Below are positions 1 through 13,657 of a stretch of DNA of 64,000 nt, piece by piece. Position 1 is the first letter of the stretch, and each line of letters starts with the position of its first letter. A program made the position numbers and the translations under genes. The stretch is from positions 5,036,171-5,100,170 of the forward strand of contig OZ316893.1 in the NCBI GenBank assembly GCA_973895155.1, in the 5' to 3' direction. The DNA is from Marsupella aquatica (Eukaryota > Plantae > Marchantiophyta). A model generated the notes under the pieces. That model was not told the origin of the DNA and made no database searches. It saw only the letters and a program-made list of their open reading frames with translations.

Positions 1-153
1 ACATGGCCACTTGTGATCTTAGTGTAGAGTATAGGCAATTGTTGGAGGTGATGACAAAACATTTGAACGAGGGATATAAACCGGATCTTGTTGCTCTCAA
101 CGCACTAAAAGAGTGCACAAAAAAATCTTGAGCATGTCAAGAATTCTAGCAAA

Positions 154-1664
154 GTGACTGGGAAATGGAAACGAAGAGGGGGGAATGATGAGGCAAAACA
201 GGTTCGACACAATGTGATAGTGGCAATATGGAAACAGATATTATATCGCTATACTCAACCTAAACAGTATGAGGTGGATGGGTTTGAGAGGGAGTTCACG
301 CAACAAGGAATGAAAGGATACAAGAAGTTTTTTGATGAGATCAAGCATTGTATGCGTGAAAGCGTATAGAATGAAGATAATTTCACACGAGAGCAAATGG
401 AGTCATTTCAAGATGAAGTTGAGAAACTGGGAGGATTTTTGGAAAATATGGCACTAAACTTGGAGAAGAATGTCTGGGACAATCTGGCGGCCAAACTAAG
501 CAAGGGTGACACTACATTGCTTGGAAATCCTGGGATGTACACACACAAGAAAGAATTGCTAGTGAAGTGGAGTAAAGAGTTGGCAATGGCAAAATCAGAT
601 AGCAATTAATGTCAAATATATCAACCAGGTCATGCAATTTGGGAATGTGAGCATCAAAGGTCATCGAAAAGGTACACGTCCATCACGTGTAGTTCCAGAG
701 GTTAGGAGTATCCATTTCCTTAAGCCTGAGCAGGTGCAAAATGCAGATCACATTGGGAAAGGTATCCAAGGACATGTGTATACTTGTCATATACTAGATT
801 GTCCTCTCATTCCAATGAACGTGATCTTAGTGGCAAAAAGATTCAAGGATGGAGATCAGCATAAGAGATGAGCAAATGCATTACAAGAAGTGTTGATGGG
901 GAGGATTGAATCATAAGGGAATTGTTGGAGCTCTTGCACTTACTATTGAGGATCCACCAAAACTTGTTTATGATCATTACAATGGAGGTGATTTGGGAAG
1001 TTTCATAGATAAGTGCGGCAAATGGTCAAAGGGCAAGGGGAAATCACAGGCTACATCGAACCTTGATCTCAAATTTATTTCTGAAAAAAAACTTTTTTTG
1101 GAGCATTGTTTGGGAATTGCGTTGGCTTTGCTAGAGACGCTACAATATTTGCATGACCACAATCAATTTTATTGTGATCTTCACTTTGGAAATATCCTTC
1201 TTCATTTCGACCATGAGAACGATGTAGCTATTAGGGTATATGTTGGATTATGTGATTTTAGCTTGTCAAAACATAAATCACAATGCAAATTAGCAGAGAA
1301 TCAAATGTGGCCCACAACTATAGAAAAAGCAATTGCATACCAGAAACAATATCCACAGTTGGCTTTGGAGCTTGTTCAGCCTGTCCCTGTAGAGTTTAGC
1401 CAAGCTACGGATATATATGCTTTGGGAAATGTTTTTGAGACATTATTGCAAGAGAATTGGGATGGAATGTCAAAGGGGACACGATTTTTGGGCAGAGGTT
1501 GGAATGCAATAGTGCATGGCCCCAAATTGGATGCCATCATCTCTGATATGATGGCCACAGATGTGACAAAAAGAAAAGATTATGCTTTTTGGAGTTTGAA
1601 GATAGTTCGAACGTTTCCAAATTGCTCACTATTTTTGCATAATAGTCCTTATCTTAGAGATTAG
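154..1664 (+). pseudogene. Decayed, apparently intronless divergent protein kinase with an N-terminal helical region (5' end may lie upstream of the window)
   Basis: ORFs 154-369, 397-609, 632-871 and 906-1664 join across stops and frameshifts. Kinase motifs occur in order: HIGKGIQGHVY (Gly loop), VAKRF (VAIK Lys), LQE (alphaC), YNGGDL, LQYLH..YCDLHFGNILL (catalytic loop), CDFSLS (DFG position), TDIYALG. Confidence 0.85.
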
Positions 1665-2599
1665 CACAATGAATGTCCTTTTATTACCACATGAATATTA
1701 ACATGTTCAATCATGTTATATCAAGTAATATGGTTTTTTTATTTGTTCATATTATTGTGCACCCGATTGTGCATAGCTATCTCGAATGTTGTCATTTGTG
1801 CTAAATGTGTTTCTACATTGTTGAATGTCACAGAGCATTAATTTGTACAAGTCGTAGAAATGGGACAATGGGAATTGGAATTGGATAAAGAAGAAAAGGA
1901 TGTCATGAATCTTCAAGAAACAAACAATCACTACAAGTGAAGATGAGGTTAAACCCAAGGTTGATGATATTGCAATGGGCAACAATCGCCCTTTGCAAAG
2001 AAATTGGATGAAGAGGGTATCAATGATCAGTGGAGTATTGCAATGCCAAAGGACAAACCTCCTCATGACTAATGGCCTATATGCAAAAGAATTGAAAATA
2101 TTGATGCCCAAGGAAAAGTCTTGGCCATTGGCAAAATTGTTTTTGCTAATCTGGATATGTGGACAACAAAATCATGGACGCAATAAAAACACATACAAAT
2201 GTTGCTTCACATTGGCAACAACAATTTTGAGAGTTTTTTCCACACAAGGCCCAAGGAAAAATGAGTGTCGTTTAATAAACCTCCTTTTATCTGATGTTTG
2301 ATGATCCTAAGTTTATTCTAAAATGAAAGGTGGATTACCGTTGGGAAAACAATGATGACAAGGTGATTCATATATTTGGTGCATACATCAGTGCTTGCTA
2401 TTGCAACAAACAAGAATGAAATTGTTGCAAAGGAAATTTGAATTGGTACTTGCAACAAGGGATCGGACAAGAGAAAGATAGATGACACACAAAAGGTTCA
2501 TATGCATGAGAATGAAAAAGTGATTGTCTGGATAGCAACTAGTTGTTGCTCCAATTGAACAATCTTAGGATCCTTAGAATCTATATATAATAATTGCAG

Positions 2600-3700
2600 G
2601 AGCAATATCATCTCCCTGCCTTTTTGCATGTGGCATGTCGTCCACCATCTCTACCTCCTCTTCCCTGATCATGCGCACATGGTTGTTCACGTCGTAGTTT
2701 GGGGTCACATTGTCGCTGATCAGGCGTAGATGCCCCTCTTTGCCCCTATCATTCGGGCAATATCTTTGTGCATGATCTCCACCGAGATCCCCACCATAGG
2801 TACAACATCCTGGCTATTGTTCAACATAAGAGCCAGGACATAGGTTTGTGACTAGTAGATTCCGGTGTTGTAGGCTTGTCCCTCTGGCCCCTACGTGTAG
2901 TAGGCTGTGATGTGGGCGTCGATGCAACCTTTGGTATTTTCTTGGAAAATCCAAAAGTCACCACCTTCTCATTCACCATGTTGAGCTCAATGCGCTCAGA
3001 AAGTGCAAAAACAATAGACTGCCAATGTGGGATCTGAATCCCTAAATAGAGTGACATCTCTCACTTTACGTCGTACATAGCTCCCTATCTAAAATGACAT
3101 ACCAAAACTTGACTACTTAGTTGGGCTTCTGACAGTAATCAATCTTCGCATATGGGTTTTTGTCTCACGTAAACTCTCTCCAGTCTTGTGTTGAAACTCT
3201 TAAAGACCCTTCAACTTATTAGTTCTCACACTCTAATAGTTTTGTTTCAATACTTCAAACAACTCCACCACAAGGTTAAATGTTGGTACAACTCCAATCC
3301 TTGCCACAATCACACCGGTAGGAGTAGCGGTGGATGCTGTTGGAGTACCACTCTAGCTAGTATTCCTAGATAAAGCAACAGATGTAACAATGGGTTGGGC
3401 AACTACACTTTGCCATAAGTGATGGACACATAGTTTGGTGACCAATGTTGTCTTCATGCTTCAATATCAATCAAATGAGTTTTTCAAAACTCATGGTACT
3501 CATCCATGGGTGGCCCCTCCAAATGCTGAAACAATCCCTTCAATGCCATGAAAGGGGTCAACAATGTGGGCTAAGTTACACAATGTTTGCATATCGCACC
3601 AAGTATCAAACTCTTGAATGGATGAAGTCATCTAAATCAATGGTGCGCATTGCACCAGAGTACTTACTTGGGCCCTTTGTAGCCCCACACATCTCATCCA
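2600..3700 (-). mobile_element. Degenerate Ty3/Gypsy gag remnant
   Basis: Minus-strand frames give FEVLKQNY*SVRTNKLKGL*EFQHKTGESLRE, RRKVRDVTLFRDSDPTLA and IVFALSERIELNMVNEKVVT, followed by a Cys/His knuckle-like remnant. Many stops; boundaries approximate. Confidence 0.5.
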
Positions 3701-3901
3701 TATCCCAAAATAATGTTGCAATCGATCACCCAATGACGAGGAGAATTGGCTAAATTGAGTCCTTGTTAGATCTTGAAACCCCACTAGTGATGGCTAGCAA
3801 TGTTGTTGGCCAAAATTGCACTCCACTCCATGTGAAGTTGGATTGTCGTCCCTCGGGTAGCACCATATCACTAGAGGACTCCGTGATGACCAATCTGTTA
3901 T

Positions 3902-4080
3902 AACCTTCAACACAAACTAGCTTGATCCTAGATCAACCCGCTCTCAACACGAATAGCCTTGATTCGGGATCAACCCTCAACACAAACCGTCTTGATCCAA
4001 GATCAACCTCAACACAAACTACCCTAATCCGGGATCAACCCTCAACACAAATTGCCTTGATCCAGGATCACCCAAACACA
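3902..4080. repeat. Degenerate tandem repeat, about 33-bp unit x5
   Basis: Recurring unit AACCCTCAACACAAAC..CTTGATCC.GGATC. Confidence 0.8.
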
Positions 4081-5243
4081 CTCATGTGCAAAACACGTTG
4101 CAATATTCAGACCAAATCATTATTCAATAATCTTGTTGTTTTCATGTGCCCTAGGTTGTCGTCGCACCTTGCCTCTTTGCGGTGCGCTACATCGCCAATA
4201 ACACAATTCATCAACATTCAATTGCACTTTCTTTGTAGAAATGCATTTCCGCCAACTCTAAATTTGACACATCTCAAATCTCAACCGTATACCTCCGACT
4301 ATCTACTCCCAATTGGAACCATCTCCAATCAAAATCACAACAATCACAAGTCTGAATGACTTGCCTTCAAAAAATAGTAGCAAATACTTTCAACAATCCG
4401 CACACAATAGTCGACAATAGCTTCCGATTGTCGATGCACAATCAGTCCTCCACAAAGCTGTAATGGAAATCGACAGGGACTGCAACTACAAAAGCACAAC
4501 TTAGCCATTCAAAGCTTCACATCCACTAGAGCTTTCCAAACACAAATGTATAACAGATCGAGATACCAATGATCCGTTCAACAACAAAACCCAATTTGAG
4601 CTACCACAAATCGTCAACAACGAAACCAAAATGAAATCAAACTTCTGTTTGCACAGTCCGCACAATAGAATTCGAAGTTGATCTTTCAATGTAATCTTGA
4701 CTCAGAATCAAACAGTGATCGATGCCAATCTAACAACTATCCCTCCCCATGCGATCACACACGTATGTCAAGCCCAATGCACCTTGTGTTTCAAGGAATA
4801 CACGTTACATGCACCACACAACCTGGTCAGCCACACCATAGCCACCAAAGCTGTGCTCAAATGCTCACAAGCTCAACACTCAAAGATGAGACCTTTGAGC
4901 CAACACAAGGGGATAACTATCCATCACACAAACACCAACTTAACACTAAATGCTCATATAACACACAAACAAACCTCTATACCTAGATAGTATGATATAC
5001 TACGTAGTACCACTCTAAATGGTGCAGCCCTGGTTTTCCCAGGAAACCCATTCAAACCCAAAATTGCCTGGTTCAAACATTCAAATTCCTGAAGTAAAGC
5101 CCTCTAGTCAGCCTCATGTGATGATACACATGCTGCATTTATAAAAATCTTGAGAAGTGATTCATCTATCTGAGATTATCGTTGCTTATATCTAGTTCAT
5201 CTTGGAAGCAATGGAAAGGAAGCTCAAAATACTAGATTAGGGT

Positions 5244-6235
5244 ATTATGCCTGTTGGGATTCAGAGATCTATGCCTTCAGTTTGTTGGGAAGATTAAGCA
5301 TGTGATTAGTAGGCCAGATGACATGAGGTGTCTGGCCACTCAATTGGATCTGATTACCTGAGACTCAACAGGATCTGGGCTTCCTAATACTCAGAAGAAG
5401 AATGGAACCGGATTTGGCTGTCCCTTTGGAATTCAGATTTGCCACTGAAAGCGAGTACTTTCATTTGGCGTATACTGGCACAAGGGCTTTTTACAGGAGT
5501 CAGAGCTTTGAGAATCGGAAAAAGTGATGGATACTGCTCTGTGTGCCCACACCAGATGATGGAGACTATTCCTCGTGTTTTCTTTACTTGCCAATTTGCA
5601 AAATTGTGCTGGAATCTCATCAGAAGAACGTTCTCAGGAACTGTCAGATGGTCTTCTACTGAGCTCCTCCCTCTCCTGGTGGAAATCAGGGGATCGGGTG
5701 TTGACAAGACTTTAAAAGCATTTACGGTCTTTCAAGTACTTTGGAATTTATGGCTCATTAGAAACAAGCAAGTCTTCAATCCTGGTGGAAGAAATTTTTT
5801 TGACTTGAATTTAATATTCTCAGAGATGCTAGATAATCTCCTGGGCTCCTGCGATGAGTCGGGCCCCAGTAGAAAGCATACCCGACTTCTAAGGGCTAAA
5901 GAAGAAATGGAGAAAGAACGACTTCTATGGCTTTCTACTCCTGACTCTAGGCTTAATGTGGCTTGGCCCCTGGGTGGCTCTTAGTTTTCATTCTAGTGCC
6001 AATAGTTTCTTTATAGGTTAGTAGGGTTGACCTTTGATTGAGGTTCTTGGTCCTTTTTGATAGTTAATCTTTAGAAGTTTTACTTGTCCTTTCTAGTGGC
6101 TAGGAGTTCGGTGGAGCGTGACCTCTTTCTTTACTCTGTTTAGATATACTCACTTACAAGCATTAGCTTCTTGTTGCCTTTCTGGGCCCCCCTTCCCATG
6201 GGTTTTCGCGGGGTTTTATTTCAAAAAAGAAGAAG
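5244..6235 (+). mobile_element. 5'-truncated L1-type LINE (ORF2 C-terminus, zf-RVT domain)
   Basis: ORF 5439-5984 contains LPLKASTFIWRIL...CSVC...ETIPRVFFTC..AKLCW. It is followed by a pyrimidine-rich 3' UTR and an A-rich tail at 6223-6239. 18-bp TSD AAAATACTAGATT(A/T)GGGT at 5226-5243 and 6236-6253. Confidence 0.85.
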
Positions 6236-6545
6236 AAAATACTAGATTTGGGTCTCCCAGAGCTAAAAACGAAGACATTTCAGGTATTCAGCAAGGTCTG
6301 GGAACAAGCTATGGCTGCTTTGCCTACTTTCTATTCTGCACTAGGATTCTTTTGTTTCCAATTCGAGCCTTGCATCTGTGAACAGATTCTCTGTTGTCTT
6401 TGCCCAACTGTTTTGTGTGATTTTAAATGCGTAGTTGAGTCTTCCCGTCTCGTGGTCTAAGGTTACAGCAGGAGTATTTAGAATCTGAAAGCTAAAAACA
6501 ATGTTTATTCACCATTTGTGTGTGTACAATCAAGGAATGCTTGTT

Positions 6546-6635
6546 CACGAGTTCTGTCAGTGTATGTTTTGCGCTATCATGCTTGGGTTGATTCACGATT
6601 TCTGTCACTGGATGTTTTGCGCTATCATGCTTGTG
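6546..6635. repeat. About 48-bp tandem duplication
   Basis: CACGA.TTCTGTCA.TG.ATGTTTTGCGCTATCATGCTTG occurs twice in tandem. Confidence 0.75.
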
Positions 6636-8242
6636 TTCGTGGATGCTCCTTTCTTTTCTTGATCATCGCCTGAAATCGATCGTTCACTCATCCCTACATG
6701 CCTGGTTTCTTATTGGCAATCTTTCTGAAGTGTACCAACAGGATACCCCTCTGCGCCGATAGCATGTTTGATCCGACATGATACGAGTCCCAGTAGCAAA
6801 ACTTGGAGTCATCTCTGCACATCAGTGATCCGTGACGAACATATTGGTTTTCGTTCAGATTGTCAGATTCCTAGGTGGCTGTCAAGGATGTCGTCGGTGC
6901 TCATTTGTCCCACGAACTAGAATCTCTTTTTGGCTGAAATGTCGTTCAGCTTTTCCTGCCAAGAGATAATTCTGGGACTACCGATTCCATGTACTTGCTG
7001 GGTTCATCATTCTGTCAATTTTCACATGAGACATGTAACCAAGTCCGGGCGAGCACGGTGCAAAGACGCAGCGGCACTTGCATTGGAACCAATCGCACCA
7101 TCCAAACTACCGGATTCCCACTCTGTTTCGATATTTTGTCCAAATCCATCACTGTTGTTATGAATGACCAACAAAGCGCCCTCAGTGCCAGGCAACGCAC
7201 CATATGTACTCTTCGGACCCTTGAAGAGACTCGACTTCGGCACAACCTGAACATGAGACTCATGTCTTGATAATGCTGCTTTGACCAGGGCAACTCCATG
7301 CTCCAATTCGAGATGCCCTCCATGTTCGAGATGGCGTCAGCCGGGGATCTCCGCAACTCGAATTTGACCCCCAGTGCACAGTCTTTCTTGTTACGCATCA
7401 GGTGTTGGACGAGTATGGTCGGCACGAACTCGCTACTACTGATGCATGGAGGCAGAACGCTTAACGGATCGTCCATGTACCAGAGACGAGGGTGTGACCC
7501 AACGGGAACCTTTGTCGTCGTGAGGACATCCGAACAGCCCGAGAAAGGCCGGATGTGAGAAGGACATGGCTTGAGATGCATCCCGACTTGACGCTCTGAA
7601 GAATGCATGATGGTAGCGTTCTAGTGGTGTGCAGATAAGAGGACGGACACGGGGACAAGTGACATCCAGATGATTGAGCTTTGTTCGCTGAGCTTGGGGC
7701 AGATTGAGACGCGGATTGGTCCTCTCCTGCTTGAAGGCTCCACTGTAGCTTGCAGGTGCGTTTGAAAGGCATTTTTTCCATTAGAGGGATATTTTTTTAA
7801 CGGATTTCCCTTCGTTTGCCTTGAGTGGTGTGCTTGGTCGTTGTAATCATCCTCGCCTACCGTAGTTGTTACTTCCATGGCACGGCTTCTGGCTTATCTA
7901 AAAGCAGTGAGAGTAGCGATCTCTTTAGAGCCTGCTGGAGTTGCTTCGATTGTCATTTTGAGTTGTTTGGATATAGTTTGGCTCTATTTTTGTCTCGTTA
8001 GGGGCACAATCCATTCAGAGAACCCATTCTTGTCGGGAGTCGGTGTCCCTGTGTTCCTGTTTTGGCACCCAACTAGCAAGGGAGGGAAAATTTTGTTTCA
8101 GGCAGGTCTTCTTGGACTGCTAGACTGACAGGGCACTGGTGCATCGTCGTTGTTCTAGAGGCACCAGACTACACACCAATAGACAGAGAGTTGAGTAAAA
8201 AAAAACAGGTCTGAGTCATTGAGGCGGGCACCGCTGTTAAGA

Positions 8243-8651
8243 GACATTTTGAGTCTTCGGTGACTTTGGAAGAATCGTTTTATTAACTGGGATTTGATGA
8301 GGGCTACCAAGATGGCCTTAAATTTGGCAAGGTGGAAGGTAGAGAACTAGGCTTGAAGAACGGATTAGAAATGGGTGAGGACATTGGGTTCTATACAGGC
8401 TGTCTGGACATTTTGAAGGCGGCTGATTGACTCCAGTCTTTTCTCACCCAGGGCTCAGGGCGAAATATGAAACAATTGAAACATTGAAGTTGGTGGGGTT
8501 TCCACTCTCCAATCCGGAGCATGAGCAGCTGCAACATTTACTCCAGGATATCCCAGTCAAGTTGAAGGCTGTTCTCCCCGTGCTAAGCATCCAGTTGGAG
8601 TATCCGGGTCATCCAAATTCCCAGGATTCTTTGGACAATTCGGAGTTCTAG
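8243..8651 (+). pseudogene. LTO1: LTO1/ORAOV1 (Yae1-family) pseudogene
   Basis: Translation DIF/ESSVTLEESFY*LGFDEGYQDGLKFGKVEGRELGLKNGLEMGEDIGFYTGCLDI has the Yae1_N GxxxG repeats. It continues FPLSNPEHEQLQHLLQDI.VKLKAV..VLSIQLEYPGHP...EF*. Contains a stop and frameshifts. Confidence 0.8.
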
Positions 8652-10764
8652 ATTGGCCACTTTGATGCTGAGGATCTCAACGGCATATGTTTGGAGGAAA
8701 CTCGACTCCGAATCTGATTGTTCTCACAAAATTCGTATGGCTCAACACGGAGGTGTTCACGGTATTTTTACATTGGGTTTTCATAATCAACATGATTGAT
8801 GCACAGCGAACACCAATAGGCTCCCAACCCAACACTTGCCTCACCTCCAGGTCACTTTGGTCCCGCAACCAAGACAGAGAGTGTCTTGGAATTCGGTGAG
8901 AATAGATAACAAGGACAACGATTTCTTGCGAATTCTTAACGCTCTCAATCCTAAAATTACAAGAATTGAGTTCAATTTTTCGATCTTCATTCAAAACACT
9001 AGTGGGTAATCTCTTGTGGATCTTCAATGTTGGCACTCTCCTAGTCGATAAAATGGAGTTTATCATCAAGAAAAGTCCATATGATTATGCCCATATCTCT
9101 GACCAGCTTCCCAGGGGAACCATATGAATTGGCACAATTGATGTAACGAGGCTGTAAATGAACAACAAGTGATTATATAGAAGGTCATGCCAGTTTTGTT
9201 CAAGTTGGTGCTCACATGATGACATCTATCCCCGACCTCAATTGAAATCTTTAATGCGGCTCTTCTGATTATACATCGAAATTCTAATGACCGCGGTGGG
9301 AGATTGCTTGGTCAACCGCATTTCATTTCCGTTCCACAGAGTATTGCAGAAACCTTAGGTCCTTATTCTCTGGACATCCGAAATCCAAGTGTTTGGCTCT
9401 CCACCATTCAGGTTGAACCGAAAGTACTTCTGGTGCGGCCGATTCTCCCTCCTAGTACAAACGTTCAATGATGCAGTGGAGTGGAAATCGTGAAAAGTGA
9501 AAATAAAGTGTTGACGTGGTGGACTAAAACATTGAACGTTTCAATTCTCAACGAAATCTACTGTAAAGGGGTCTTTTTTACTGCCCTGAAATTTTTGTTT
9601 TCAACCCTCAATGAATAAGTGTACAGAATGTTAGCTGATGAACTAGATTCAAGCCATTTAATTCACTGAGCATAATTCACTGAGCATAAACCCTCCCATG
9701 ACAAAACCTGCATAAGCCCCTGCCTTATCATGCAATGTTCTGGAGGTTTGAGTCCTCGGGCTCCCAAAACTGCAGCCTCGAAGGCTTCTACGGTGACAGT
9801 TCTTTGCAGCACTTCGAAAGTGCTTCAAACTAACCTGGAGATCATACATTTCCACTTCTATCATTAGGCACCTTTTATTTATCTCAAGGATGAACTACTG
9901 CTATTTGGGTTTACCCAATTTCTATTCTCTATAGAGTTTTCTGTAGTCCTTTTGGAGCCGTTGTAAGTTCGTCTGTATGGTTTTGGTTCTTTCTTCCCAA
10001 CCTTTGAAGTGTATTGCACAAAGCATCCTTCGCCGAAAACATACCCCAGTAGAGGGTTCCCCCCGGGGTCTAAAGTACGTTTGAATGCTAATTGCTACGA
10101 GTTCCAATGACGAAATGCCGTAGAGTCTTCTATGAACGTTAGAGCTGACAGAGTCCTAGCTGTCAAGGATGTCTTTGGTTCTCATTGTCCGTTCAACAAA
10201 GTTCTCGTAAGGCTACCTTATTAAATTACGAAAGCTATACTTTGTCATCTTAATGGTTTTATGATTTCGTAAAATGATCCCTTTAAACTTAAGAGGACCC
10301 GTGAGGCCGAAAGTGGCATTTCACAGAACATTTATGGCAGAAGTTTCATCGGACAGGTGACTTTCCGAAATCATATTGTCAGATACTCCTGACGATCTCT
10401 TCATCAAATCTCTTAGACAGTGAAAAACAGAAAATGCACTGCAAAAATTTCTCTCTCCAGGATGTGTCTCTCCTTGGCTGATCCAACTTAATTGCTACCT
10501 CAGAATCCGCAAGCTTTCTGGAGGGAGCAAAGTAGAACGAACCAGATTCAGTTAGTTTTTCCATCGCAACAGAGAGTCTGTTTGTGGGGAGGGGGTATTT
10601 AATTGTGATTCACTTCGTTGTTTAGTTTGCCTCGTAGTTTCCCGATTCCCTGACACAATCGGGTGTATGGCGAGTTCCATCAAGATTTCAACTGAAGATT
10701 GTCAGCAAACAGTAAGCCTTTGCAAAGTTGCCATCCCGGTTGCAAGTACTCGCTGGATTAGTAA

Positions 10765-11160
10765 AATCAGGGATTTCAACCCAGATTTTTATATTCATCG
10801 AACTTGAGCCTGCTTGTGGGCGCCCACCACGAAGCACTCAGTAAGTATTATCCACCTGTACAGTAGAATTGCTGCCAGCCAGCGTCAGCAATTCTTGCCA
10901 GAATGTAGCGTAACGCAAAGGGGAATTGCAGCGTTCTCAGACAGACTTGCAATTGCTCGCCGGATTTGTCAAATCAGGCATTTTAACCCAGTTTTTTTTA
11001 AGATTGGACTCCAGCCTGTTCGTGGGCGCCCACAACGAACCACTAAATGAGTATTTTCTGCCTGTTGAGTGAAATTGCTGCCAGCGTCACCAATTCTTTC
11101 CAGGATGTATTGTTCCGCCAACACGAATTGCAGCCTTCTCGGAATGTGTTCTGAGTTGCT
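10765..11160. repeat. Old degenerate tandem duplication, about 205-bp unit x2
   Basis: Both halves share the blocks AATCAGG..TTT.AACCCAG, GTGGGCGCCCAC.ACGAA, AATTGCTGCCAGC and GAATTGCAGC.TTCTC. Confidence 0.65.
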
Positions 11161-12130
11161 GATTTTAATGCTGTAGCCGCCTGAATGCCGATGGGGTTTA
11201 GAGGGACACGCATGCATCTAATTGATGATCAGCGCAGCGTACTTCCCCGCGTACTTCCATAGTTTTGGTTACGTACCGGTGTTGGCATACTCTATCATCC
11301 AGCATTTTCTGCGTACGCCAAAATCACTTGAAAGTTTCTTCAATGGCTCCTTCGAGCTTGCGATACAGTGAACCTAGTTGAAATCCCCCCTGGGTCCACA
11401 GTCCCTCTTGTCCGATCGATGCCGAGGGATGATGGCACACGCTGATGGTTAGGCATGATTGCGGCTGTAAGAATTTGGTGGAACACCAAGAATCTATCGG
11501 CGAAGGATCTAACCAACAGAACCCCCTGCTTCACTCCAGCAGTCATTTGTGGGCTTTGAGAGCAATCAGGGTGAGATTATGGCCACTGATCTCCACCCTA
11601 CTAATTTAATGGTGTAAAGAGGCCGGAAGACCTCCACGAAGTAGCAGCTCCTCCACTGGAATCGGTGGAGGGTATCCACAAAGGCCAAAAGAATTTCGAA
11701 CACTGTGCATGCATCTTTTTCTGTGATATATGGTGTGTTTGAGAACCGGAAGGATCGAAGGGGCATGTCAAGTCCACCATGAGCCTGTCACTTGACACGC
11801 CCCTTCGGAGGTTGGACAGGCTAATTGGTCCGCAATAGCACCTTCACGAAAGAACATTTGATCCTTCCTTACGACGCCAGACTAATTGCAATTCACAAAT
11901 ATGCCACACCTCATGTTGTACGTCGACAATTCAATCGCGTTTCACGATTTCTTTAGCGAGAATGCCCACAATTTATCAACGCCCTCTGGAGATGGGGTCC
12001 ATCTCCGGGTCCATCGCATTGGTGATATAAGGTGTTTGTGCCGCGACCAAGAGCTCAGCTCTATCAGTGATGCATCATTCTGCACAACTCTAGCTACCAA
12101 TGGTGGGTCCGAAGCAAAGCATGTCTGTCA

Positions 12131-12142
12131 CACTACAAGAAA
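12131..12142 (+). mobile_element. Solitary CACTA (En/Spm) terminal inverted repeat
   Basis: Exact canonical terminus CACTACAAGAAA. I saw no matching TTTCTTGTAGTG end in the window. Confidence 0.45.
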
Positions 12143-13500
12143 TCCGAGACAACAACGGTCCGACATTCTGTGACTCACATCTCTGTCAATAAACCTCTTT
12201 GAAACTTTCTTTTAGGCTCAATAGTCAATAATGTATATTCTTCTTCTTTTGTTAGGTTAGGTAACGAAGTACTGTAGTTAAGGAAACAATGTAGGTTGTT
12301 GTGTAAATTGTGATGTTGTTGCGCAAACAGGTACCTAACAAAATATGATTTGCGTCAAAGATGATACAATATTTACAGAAAAGGGAAAGAAAAACAAAAT
12401 CAAGATACAAGTTGTTGAAAGAAAATAGACAATCATGATGAGTTCAATCCCTCTGCATTGCACAGAAGATATACTTAATTATGTAAAAGATGCCGTTGCA
12501 TGAAAGACATTGTTAAGTAAACAATGTTGTTGCGCAAAAGACATTGTTTAGTAAAAGATGTTATTAAGTAAACGATGATATTTACAAAAAAGAGGACATT
12601 TGTGCAAACAATATTGATGCATTAAGGGTGACATTGTGCAAAGGATGTCATTGTGTAAAGGGTATTGGAAACCTCTCATTGCACAAAAGATGAATGTTAA
12701 CAAGGATTACAAGAAACATTCTAAATATTATAGGTTTTGATAGTTCAATATCCTTGCATTGCAAAAAGATGTCACTGCGCAAGAAATTATGTTTGAAAAT
12801 TAAAAAATGTTGTGCAAAAGATGTAGTTGCATGAAAGATGTCATATGCAGAAAAGTTAAATAAATGCAAAAGATGTTATAATTTACATCAAACATAGTCA
12901 ACATTAAAATGTGAAAACAATGCACATATTTAAGTTTTAGTTTTTGGCCCTCAACGAGTTGCTTCACTCAAATATATATTCATTTTTTTCAATTGCACTT
13001 GTTTTCTTGGAGCTTGTACCAAGCAGAGGGGGATTGAGTTCATTGTGTTTTTATTGTAACTATGACACATGCAAATTAATATAATTAACTCTCTATAAGT
13101 GACACTCCACGAAGATGGATCCGATGTGCACTAAATATTTTTTTCATTCCTTGATAAGTGCAAACCCCCTAAAATTGGCACTTATTAATAAATGGCATTT
13201 CCACCGGTGAGCTGTCTTGTGACTCGTTAAACAAAATGTAAATCCTTGCCCTAAATTTGGTGTCCAATTTCATAAGTGCAGGTTTTCTTCCATTAACAAA
13301 GAAAGGGTGCTTACTGATAAGTGTACAACCTTTCTTAGTTGGAGTAAAAATGCACTTATGAAGGTTTTGCACTTATAAAGTTATCATTTAGCTAAATGAT
13401 TCCATTTACTGATAAATGCACTTATGAAAGGTGGAAAAATTGTACAATTCCATAAGTGCACTTATCAAAGGTGAAAAAATTGTAAGCTTTGTGTAAAATG

Positions 13501-13657
13501 CAAACAAGGACTTAACAGGACCCCTCTGGTATCTCCTGGACTTAATTAACCATACCCTTGTGAGTAAACTGCCATCAAGATCTGAGCAAAATAGGTACGC
13601 ACAGGGGTCCTGTTAAGTCGTTTAGAACTCAGAGGAGTCCTGTTAAGTCTTTTCCTG
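13501..13657. mobile_element. MITE (Mutator-like by 9-bp TSD), copy 1, right TIR duplicated
   Basis: TIR core GACTTAACAGGACCCCT / AGGGGTCCTGTTAAGTC. Flanks TGTAAAATG / TGTAAATTG. Homologous to 26332-26453. Confidence 0.8.

Noticed and set aside
6930-7880. Overlapping 80-200 aa ORFs
   Set aside because: No recognisable motif or consistent frame, so no call can be supported.
12250-12900. AAAGATG/GACATT-rich tract (similar tract at 27280-27590) as a defined element
   Set aside because: It resembles decayed Helitron-type subterminal repeats, but no termini could be identified.
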